DNA of 64,000 nt. Origin: a virus. Lineage: Duplodnaviria > Caudoviricetes. The first letter of the stretch is position 1, and each line of letters opens with the position of its first letter. Under the pieces are notes generated by a model. It was not told the origin of the DNA. It saw only the letters and a program-made list of their open reading frames with translations, and searched no databases. This document shows positions 18,740-27,200 of this stretch, in pieces. A program made the position numbers and the translations under genes. Where the stretch lies: the IMG/VR virus record IMGVR_UViG_3300033463_000014, positions 32,001-96,000 of that record. One strand, given 5' to 3'.

Positions 18740-19978
18740 ACCGCCAATCTCGAGCCGGGACAGGTAATCGTCCAGCGCTTTCATTTTCTCTTTTCTTATG
18801 CCATCTGCCTTCGGAAAATCCTTGTGGATTGACTTAACCATCTCAGACGCCATTTCGCGGCTCCACGGCTTTCCAAGGATCTCGTCGTACATCCTGTTCT
18901 TCGCATACGTGTCCCATATCACCTTGTCTTCATCGTTAAGCACGCCTTTCATTCTCTTGAGTAACTCCATACCCTCGTATTCCTTGGGCCTGATTTCCTC
19001 GCCTTCCATTATTTTCCCAAGAACCCTGTCTATCTTGTACCTTAACTCTGCCCTTTTTCTGTCGACCCTGTTTCCCTGAGCCCCGATTTCCGCGGCTGCG
19101 GTCTGGAGAGGGGCAACCATATACAACGGGAACTTAGCCGCTTCGGTCACAGCGGACCGGACACCTTTCCTTATACCATTCTCCAAGCCTTCGGATCTCG
19201 CCGACTTCCCTCCTTCTGACAGTCCAATTCCGGCAACGAAAGCTGGCAACGCGTACTTCCCTCCGAGGAAGAAGCTCGGGAACGCGTATCCGTTAAGAGC
19301 GGATCCCGCTATCTCTCCCGAGTTTCCTCCCTTGAGGTACGTTCCTATACCCTCCTTCGCGCCCATGGAAACGCCTATAGGTGTCTTGAGCTTACTGAGG
19401 GCGCCGAACGCCTTACCAAATCCTGACGCCACAGCGCTGCCTCCGGGAATCTTTGATGCGACACTTCTCATGGCGCCAGACACACCCCTCGCCATGGGAA
19501 CAATGCCGAGCCTTTTGAGGAGGACGGCCGCTGAGTTTGCCCCGACCATACCTGCTGTCGCCTCAGGGAGATAGGATCCGGCCGCCATTACCTTCTCAAG
19601 CGGGGTCCCCTTCTCGAATGCGTATTCCCTTCCAGCATCCAAGGCCGACTGAAGGCTAGGGTTTCCGAGCGCCCCGTACCATCCCCTGTATGCCATGTCA
19701 GGGTTTGCGCCGTTGACAGACCCGGAACCTCCGTTCCATTTGCCCTTTCCGGATGTCATGACGGACTTCTGTTCTCCGCCAGGAGCGACATTTTTCCACG
19801 CCCTTATCTGCGGTACCGGTCTTCCTGAACTATCAAGCATGTGTCCGGAAGGCGATCTCGCGTCCCTGTTGTAGCCATGGTATCCCTCAAGCCACTCCGC
19901 CGGCCTCATCTGCGCTGTCTTCAACATGTCTACCCACGACGTCTTTCCTTCCATCGCCATACTGAACCCTCCTGACAT
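18737..19978 (-). CDS. Hypothetical virion protein (N-terminal LKTAQ)
   Basis: 413 aa; Gly-rich hydrophobic middle region; AT-richer than the core genes. Confidence 0.6.
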   Translation of the reverse strand: MSGGFSMAMEGKTSWVDMLKTAQMRPAEWLEGYHGYNRDARSPSGHMLDSSGRPVPQIRAWKNVAPGGEQKSVMTSGKGKWNGGSGSVNGANPDMAYRGWYGALGNPSLQSALDAGREYAFEKGTPLEKVMAAGSYLPEATAGMVGANSAAVLLKRLGIVPMARGVSGAMRSVASKIPGGSAVASGFGKAFGALSKLKTPIGVSMGAKEGIGTYLKGGNSGEIAGSALNGYAFPSFFLGGKYALPAFVAGIGLSEGGKSARSEGLENGIRKGVRSAVTEAAKFPLYMVAPLQTAAAEIGAQGNRVDRKRAELRYKIDRVLGKIMEGEEIRPKEYEGMELLKRMKGVLNDEDKVIWDTYAKNRMYDEILGKPWSREMASEMVKSIHKDFPKADGIRKEKMKALDDYLSRLEIGG

Positions 19979-19995
19979 TTATGTTCATCAATGAA

Positions 19996-21642
19996 TCAGT
20001 TCTTTCTCCTTGCCCTGTCAGCCTGTCCTCCTGCGTCTTTTGCAGCTTGGCTAATCATCCCGCCGGAAAGATCATCAAGCCGAGACACAATGTCTGGATG
20101 TTTCTCAATAAACGGGACGAAGTCTCTCCACCCCTTTTCAATCGACGGGAAAAGTCCGATTGTCTTACTGTTGAACCCTATGTCCCCAAGAGCTGTTTTA
20201 GGCATAAAAACGTATGGCCCGACGTTGTCAAAAAACCTTAGAAGCTCGTCGTAATGTCTCTTCATGGACTCTTCTGTATGGTATGCGCCGGTTCTCCTTA
20301 TGTCTGCGACAACCTTCTTGAGAGCATTAGACCCCTCCAGAGTGGGCGCTGACGCCGAGTAGTCCCAGAAAGGCCTCTTGATCCCGTACCCTTTCATGTC
20401 TGACACGTCTCCGAAACCACCGTTTATGTACGCCGACAGGACATTCCTTGAGGCAGGATACCTTGCGGATGTCCACTTTATCGCATCCATGACAGCGCGG
20501 TCGAGACCGTTTGTCTCTACAGCATCTTTCTGTTCGGCAGACCATCCTTTTCGTTTCGCGTACAAACCCATGACTCCCGGCATGGCGTATGCGAGATTTC
20601 CAATGTAAGCCGATTCTCCTTCCGGCCGCCGATATCCGCTGTCTGGCAACATCCCGGCGGCAAGATATGTCAGTGGGGCAACCCTTACGTCCTCCTTAAT
20701 GCCGTAGACCCCGGGGTTTTCCCCATTAGACGGAACGACTTGAGGCTCTATGGCCGAGACTGCACGCTCGATTGGTCCGACCCTAGGCTTATAAATAAAA
20801 AGCTCCTCGTCATCAGGGTCCGCGAACGCATTCTCCCAAAGGTACACGTTTTTTGGCCTAGGGATATAACCTGTTCCTACTCCTTTTTCCTGGTTCTTCC
20901 GTACGAGCTCCCTAAATGATTCATTGAACGCACGATAATCATTTTTCGTTTTAGCCGTTGCTGCCCTATCGAACAGCGCGACCTCGGGGATTGCGGCCCT
21001 TGCGAGACGAGGATGAAGCGCATCAGGAGTTAAGGTTTCCGCAATCCACTTTCCGAAATCAGCTTTTTTGAGCATCCTCCTTTTCTTCTTCTTCTCCCTG
21101 AGAGCCCTTACCTTTTCCGCTATAACAAACGAGAGCGCTATGGCGCCAGCGACAGATCCTGCTATCTGCGCACCATTACGGACAAGATCCATCCATCGCG
21201 GAACCTGATTTTCTCCTGGAACTTTTGATAATGTCCTATTCCTCCGTCTCCTTCCTCTTCGACTTTTAGATGATCTGGATTTTTCACGTAAAGATTTTTC
21301 GATTTCCGATCCAGAACCGGGAGAAGGGTCAGAAGTGGGAGAAGGGTCAGAACTGGATGATGTCCCAGAAGGGGCTAGAGTGGCAGAAGAGTCTTCTGTC
21401 CCTACGTAAGTGGCCCACCTACCCATTTCTTTAATATCCTTATCCGAGTATACGTCCTGTTTTCGCGAATTGAACGATCTTTCAGCAAAAGATCTCACTA
21501 TTGGAGCGCCCCATTCGTCCCAATCATTTATCCTTTTTCTATCATAAGGCGTACTTCCTGCTATTAACACTTTTAGAGGATCGGGAAGTCGGCTGAAATC
21601 GATTCGTCCTTCTCTCAATGCATTTTCAAGCGTTTTATCCAT
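19996..21642 (-). CDS. Hypothetical protein with one TM-like helix and LKKAD motif
   Basis: 548 aa; SDPSP repeat, basic patch, hydrophobic IAGSVAGAIALSFVIA then KKKKRRMLKKAD. Confidence 0.6.
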   Translation of the reverse strand: MDKTLENALREGRIDFSRLPDPLKVLIAGSTPYDRKRINDWDEWGAPIVRSFAERSFNSRKQDVYSDKDIKEMGRWATYVGTEDSSATLAPSGTSSSSDPSPTSDPSPGSGSEIEKSLREKSRSSKSRRGRRRRNRTLSKVPGENQVPRWMDLVRNGAQIAGSVAGAIALSFVIAEKVRALREKKKKRRMLKKADFGKWIAETLTPDALHPRLARAAIPEVALFDRAATAKTKNDYRAFNESFRELVRKNQEKGVGTGYIPRPKNVYLWENAFADPDDEELFIYKPRVGPIERAVSAIEPQVVPSNGENPGVYGIKEDVRVAPLTYLAAGMLPDSGYRRPEGESAYIGNLAYAMPGVMGLYAKRKGWSAEQKDAVETNGLDRAVMDAIKWTSARYPASRNVLSAYINGGFGDVSDMKGYGIKRPFWDYSASAPTLEGSNALKKVVADIRRTGAYHTEESMKRHYDELLRFFDNVGPYVFMPKTALGDIGFNSKTIGLFPSIEKGWRDFVPFIEKHPDIVSRLDDLSGGMISQAAKDAGGQADRARRKN

Positions 21643-21659
21643 ACAAACCCACCTTCACT

Positions 21660-21989
21660 TCATTTTCGATCTATCGGGTATAGAACCGTGTCGGCAACCG
21701 CCTCCAGGCACGTGTCCGCAGCCGGTATAACGGAGACAGGCACCGACAATACATTATACCATGAAAACCTGAATACGCCGTCCGTCGCCATCATCTGCGG
21801 GAACGCCGTAACGGCCGTCCACGACGCCATCTCCCTCGTGGACTGGTAGGGCCTCTCTATCCTCGCGTCCGTCCACGGGCATCGGTTGTAGACGTTCATG
21901 CAGCCGGACGATATCGCAAGGACGGCCGCCAAAAGCGCCGGTATTACGATGCGGGCAGGGATAAGAACACATTTTGTCGCATAGTCCAT
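21660..21989 (-). CDS. YceK/YidQ-like lipoprotein
   Basis: Start moved to ATG 21989 (109 aa); lipobox-like ISSGC; PYQST and DTCLEAVADTVLYPID match the YceK/YidQ pattern. Confidence 0.55.
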   Translation of the reverse strand: MDYATKCVLIPARIVIPALLAAVLAISSGCMNVYNRCPWTDARIERPYQSTREMASWTAVTAFPQMMATDGVFRFSWYNVLSVPVSVIPAADTCLEAVADTVLYPIDRK

Positions 21990-22003
21990 CAAGCTCGCCA
22001 CAA

Positions 22004-24106
22004 CTACACCCCCTTTATCTCGACAGGGTCGTTCGGGCCGATCTCGCCGCCCCTGTACGCCCTGATCGCGTCCGCCTTCGTCTCGAACACCCTGACCGGA
22101 CGCTTCGTCCTGCCCCTCGTAAGCGCCCACAGCCCGGATATCTGCTCCTTCTCGGGCTTGTACCTGACGGACTTCATGTCCGTAAGGCTGATGAGGTTCT
22201 CGGACGGGAGCATCTTCTCAAGGGACTGCTTTGCGGCCTTGTCGCTCGCCGGCACGTGGATGTTCACCGTGTTGCTGAGAACGACGCCGTCGTCTGAAAT
22301 GAACGTGTCGGGGCCTGGCACAGTAAGATCATACCCGATTTCCTCCTTGCCCGTCTTCTCGACGGACTTGATCTTGAGCCACGAAACCTTATATGACGCC
22401 GTCTCCGAAAGGGCCTTCATCTCGGCGCAATCCCTGAGTTCGGTGTCCGGGCTTCCGTACAGGGAAAACAGAGCCTTTATGTCCCCCAATTGTGACCATG
22501 TAAGGAATCCCTTCTTCCTCGCGATGTATATGTCGTTAACCGATTTCCTCACATCGGAGGACCATGTCGGAGCGATCCTTGGCTTCGAGGCGTTCCACCC
22601 GTCCGAGAGGGCTTTCAGCTCGTCGCCGCTCACGCTGACCTTCCACGACCTCCTGCTTCCGCCCGCGTCCTTCTCGAGCATCCCGGAGAACCTCGACTCG
22701 ATATCAGCAAGCACGGACAATCCATTATCCCTTGCGATTGTGTTCTTTTCGGCCATCTCGTTCCCAATGGCCTCGATATCGCGGACGGTATTCCTGGTTA
22801 TCGTTCCGATACACGCGCGATTCCTCACGTTCATGGCGACACTATTCACTTTTCTTCTCATCGCCATCTCGTCTTCTCCTGCGGATCCCTCGTCAGAACC
22901 CGAAACCTCGAAAGTCGGTATCAGACGCGATATCTTTTCCGCTATTCCGCGAGGGAACGGGATCACATCGTTCCTGACGTAGGTTGAGCGCGTGTCAACA
23001 TGGGAAGAGACGAAAATGTCCCTCTTTCTCGAATGGCAGCACATCGAGAGGAGATCCACGCGCTTCGCGTCAACTGTGCTTACTGAGCATATCCAAGAGT
23101 CGTTCCCTCCGGACGTGCGCTTGCTGTAGGAAATAGAAGACCCGACCCCGAGGAGCTGGCAGCACCTCCTGAACTCCCTGACGAGACGGATGGATGTGCT
23201 TGAGAACGATATCAGGAGCTGGGGCTTCTCTTTGCTGTGGCTCAGGCATACCGTCCCGTCCGTAGCGATAAGCCCGTTAACGAGACCAAGGATAAACTCC
23301 CTTCCAGCGAACTGGAACCAGACCGGAAGCCTCTTATTGGCTGACCCGGACGTTTTCTCGTCCCCATGCCCGTCGATGAGCTCCTTGATCCGTCCTCCGA
23401 GAATACTTCGTCTACCGGAGTTCAGCCTGTAAGCGGTCGTGTCCCCGTACCTACCGGACTCATCGCAGAACCTGTGCTCGATCTTCGATATCGTGAAGTC
23501 CGGGAAAACGGTCTTCAGGAAGTCTGATACGAAGGCGATGTTATATCCATCGTTGTCCGAGAGATATGGGTTTAGGCACCTGTCCGCCCATCCGTCTCCA
23601 GCCATGATTCCGACGAACTGTCCGAAACCGAACCCGATTTCAGTACACAGCCCTGACTTTTCCAGCTTGATCATCCCATCCTGAAAATCAAACGACAGGC
23701 CATCAACAGAGGAGGCTAGAGGACAGTCCGATACGGGGACGAGAACATTCTTGTCCATCGCATCGGACGGCGTGAACCTCCCCGGAGTCATTGAGTCTCC
23801 GTTGGCCGCGATGCCGTAGACTGCCCTCGGGTCGTTGTCCGTGATGATCTGCCTTCCGTCCTCAAGGTTTACGATCTCAACCTTCTTCCCCCGATGCACG
23901 GACCAGAATTTGACATCCCTGAACTCGGGGAGACCGGTCTTCTCGTTGTATGAGGAAACCCTCACGCCTTCCGGGACATCGTAGAACTCAATGTCGTATC
24001 CGGAATCCTTCCTCACTGACGAGAGCCCGCCATGGGGGAAGTCCTCGAGATCAACGACAACCGGGACACCTTCCATCTCAGCCACCACGCTCTTTTTGAT
24101 CTGCAT
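22004..24106 (-). CDS. rpoC: C-terminal part of a split (or frameshifted) intein with LAGLIDADG endonuclease, fused to an 88-aa RNAP beta-prime C-extein
   Basis: 700 aa. LAGLIDADG motifs VGIMAGDG and VNGLIATDG; block F/G IKSVEKTGKEEIGYDLTVPG...VVLSN. Then TVNIHVP...KMLPSENL...PEKEQISGLWALT, matching RpoC QMAVHVP...LMMSTNNI...PSQDVVLGLYYMT. Own AAGGAG RBS. Confidence 0.85.
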   Translation of the reverse strand: MQIKKSVVAEMEGVPVVVDLEDFPHGGLSSVRKDSGYDIEFYDVPEGVRVSSYNEKTGLPEFRDVKFWSVHRGKKVEIVNLEDGRQIITDNDPRAVYGIAANGDSMTPGRFTPSDAMDKNVLVPVSDCPLASSVDGLSFDFQDGMIKLEKSGLCTEIGFGFGQFVGIMAGDGWADRCLNPYLSDNDGYNIAFVSDFLKTVFPDFTISKIEHRFCDESGRYGDTTAYRLNSGRRSILGGRIKELIDGHGDEKTSGSANKRLPVWFQFAGREFILGLVNGLIATDGTVCLSHSKEKPQLLISFSSTSIRLVREFRRCCQLLGVGSSISYSKRTSGGNDSWICSVSTVDAKRVDLLSMCCHSRKRDIFVSSHVDTRSTYVRNDVIPFPRGIAEKISRLIPTFEVSGSDEGSAGEDEMAMRRKVNSVAMNVRNRACIGTITRNTVRDIEAIGNEMAEKNTIARDNGLSVLADIESRFSGMLEKDAGGSRRSWKVSVSGDELKALSDGWNASKPRIAPTWSSDVRKSVNDIYIARKKGFLTWSQLGDIKALFSLYGSPDTELRDCAEMKALSETASYKVSWLKIKSVEKTGKEEIGYDLTVPGPDTFISDDGVVLSNTVNIHVPASDKAAKQSLEKMLPSENLISLTDMKSVRYKPEKEQISGLWALTRGRTKRPVRVFETKADAIRAYRGGEIGPNDPVEIKGV

Positions 24107-24242
24107 CTCCTAAACTCCTTTTCTGATTGGATGCGTGATAATTTATCAAAAACTTAAGATTGATGCAACCAATATCTTTGCTACTCAAAAAGTCGTCAAG
24201 AGCCTTGCCAGTAAGGCTGACGCGAACGCTTCCAATCTGCTG
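22271..24242 (-). mobile_element. Intein inserted directly after RNAP catalytic NADFDGD, split over two ORFs (N part 24242-24078, C part 24106-22271)
   Basis: Removing it restores NADFDGD-TVNIHVP; ends in Asn followed by Thr; carries a LAGLIDADG homing endonuclease. Confidence 0.8.
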
Positions 24243-27200
24243 GTCGCCGTCGAAGTCGGCGTTGAACGCGCCACAGACTAGAGGGCAGACGTTGATTGAG
24301 CGCCCTTTCACGATGTGAGGCTTGAAGGCCATGATGTTGAACTTGTGCCACGTCGGGGCCCTGTCCATGAGAACGGGCCGCTCCTCCATGACGTCGTCCA
24401 GTATGTGCCTCGCAGTGGCGTTTCTCTCGTCGATCATCTCCTTTGAGGCGACCGGGGAATAGCCGCGCTGGACGAGCTTGCGCTCTACGAAGGGTCTGAA
24501 TATTGTCCAGGCCATGTCCTCAGGGATCCCGATCTGGTCCATGCTGAGGTTGCCGTTCGGGGTGATGACGGAGCGTCCGACGAGGTCCTGGGTCTTCGAG
24601 ACGGTCTTTGCCTGGAACATCCCCATCTTCGGGACTGTCCCTATCACCTGCCTGACGGCGCCCTTGAGGTTCTTCGCGCGGCCCTCCTGCGTTACGGGGT
24701 CACCGAGCCCGTAGGCGGCCTTCACGGCCCCGTAGACGGCAAGGCGCTCGTCCGCGAGGGCGGAGGCGGGGAGCTCCCTGGAGAGGTCCTCGTAGTTGCG
24801 CTTCATCTCGATGAGCTCCTTGTAGAGCTCGTTCATGTCGGGCACGAGGGCTACGTCGCCCATCTTGGAGACCGGGCGGAACATGGGCGGGAGAACGGGA
24901 ACCCGCGAGATCATCCAGTCTGACGGAGAGATGCCCATCTTATTGGCGGACTTCAGGTATCCGAGGACCTTAACGGCGTTGTCCCGCTGCGCCCCGCGCC
25001 TGGTTAGAACCTCCGAGCGGGCCTTCTCGATGGCGCCGTCCACGTCGACCTTCGACAGGGCTTCCCTGAGGGCTTCCCCGCCCGTCTTGCCGTTCAGCTC
25101 CTCGCGTCCGGAGAGGACGGCCTCCATTTTCTTCGCCGTCAGTCCGAGGACGCGGCGTACGGGCTCCTCCATCATCGGGTTTGGGACGGGATCCGGGAGC
25201 GTGATCATGCTCCAGCGGTTTCCGCCCATCCCGCCCGTCTTTCCGAGGTCGAAGAGTCCTCCCCTTACGGGGTTCATGTCGGGGTCGACCATCTGCGAGG
25301 AGTCGATCACTCGGCCCTGGGCGAGCTCGTCGATGTCCTTGTCGGTCTGCGGCATGATGGATGTGACGTCTCCCTTCTCCACGACGTTCACGCCGCCGGC
25401 GCGGAGTGTGTTCAGGAACTTCTGGTAGATGAACGGCACTCCGGGCTCCTCGACGGGGAGCCCGAGGCGGTAGCGGCGCCAGTACTCGTCGTTGCGCGAG
25501 CCGCGCAGGGTTATGGAGTCCTTCAGGACGTCGGTCGCGCCGTGAGAGAGCAGGGCCGTCGCGTCAAAACCAGAATTTGAAACCAGGCAGTCAGAAGCAC
25601 AGTATTTGTGCGATTTCGCAACTGTAATGTCATACAGGCATATTTCGTCGTCTGGACCATGCTTGCCATCGCTGTACGGCCTCACAGATGTGACAAGCGC
25701 CGGGACGCTTCCAAGTGCGTAAGCAGTGTCTACACCTACGTACGTTTCATACAGCCTTGAAACTTCATTTATCAGCCACTTCTTAGAGGCTGGTATGTCT
25801 TCAGGCCTGATGTATTTGGCTACAATACGAGCCATACTGCGGCAGGCATCAGCAGACAACCCCAAGTAATAATACTCTTTTTTTACACCTTTGTAGGTTT
25901 TATGCGTCGTCCTGACAGTCACGCCAGCGCCAAGCCTCCCGCAAAGCCATTCGGCAAGCCTACAGTTCTCTTCATACGTAAAGTTCAATGTTGATATTGC
26001 CCCAAATGGGCTACCGGTCGGCACTCCATTCTTCGTGTGCTCAGATGCGCAGCCATCGTCAAGGAACCATGCGGCTATGCCGACATCATTTATGTTAGAC
26101 AGGTCGACGTTGACAAGGCTCTTACGACCGAGAGACCCGTCTGGCTGTCTATAGAACATGTTCTTGAGCCGTTCTGCTATGTCATGGCGGTGAATCTGAA
26201 AATACACAATATGCGAGTCGTCTCCATCAGCACGCCTAAATCCAGTCTTGCTCTTCCTCTGGGTGTTCTTTCTGCTTGACACCAGCGCTCCTAGGCAGTG
26301 TATCTTCCAGTTGACGTAGGCGTACTGATGGTGGCTGTGCTGCTCTTGGTAGAACGGTATACATCCGACGTCTAAGCTATTCGTCCTGTCAGACTTGCAT
26401 AGATTGTCGTTTATATTGCATATGCATCCATCGCCAAGCATAGAACCCATTAGAATGGACATCTGGTCCTCTGTAGGCACATACCCGTATGTCGTCAGCC
26501 AGTCACCAGGCCTTAAATCACCAGCAAGAACTTCACCTTTGTTGAAGGAGTACATGTGATGCTGACGTGTGACATGCATCGTCTTGCCTGTGTATACTAC
26601 TCGCTTACGGCTACAATTATCTGACCCTGGCAGATAGTTAATTGATATGGACAGAACCTCTGACATCTTCCCCTTGCGGCAGAACCAGTTCGTTATGAGA
26701 GAATAACCCCATGACCCGTTGTCGAAGCGGGTCCACACGTATTCGGGAATTTTCTTGTCTACGATATGACCTATGGATTCCTCTCCATGCAATACCCTGA
26801 TCGGCTGATCTGCGGTGAAACACATACGCTTAGCACCGTCATCGCCCCCCTTGGCCGGCTGCTCGTCCATCGTGTAGGCGCTGTCCACGCCGCGTGCCGA
26901 GAACTTCTTTTCGGCCAGGTGGTGGAACGCCTTGACGTACGCGTACCCGTCTCCGACGTTCTTGATGATCCTTCCCGTCTGCGGGTCGAACACGTCTGAC
27001 GACTCCTTGACGCCGTTCTCGTCCATCTGCCGTTTGACCCATGCGGTCCACCCCTCTTGCGGCGGCAGCTGAGGGATGCGGATCTGCTTCCCTGTCTTCT
27101 TGGCCACCTTGGCGAGGTTCATCAGGGCTATCTGGCCCGGGGCGACGCGGGAGAGGAAACCCATGGGGTTCATCAGCATGTCGTACGGCTCGTTCGTGGC

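Noticed and set aside
21319-21353. 18-bp tandem repeat (SDPSP), and similar short repeats at 54211-54250 and 13600-13690
   Set aside because: Simple in-frame low-complexity linker repeats with no sign of a separate function.
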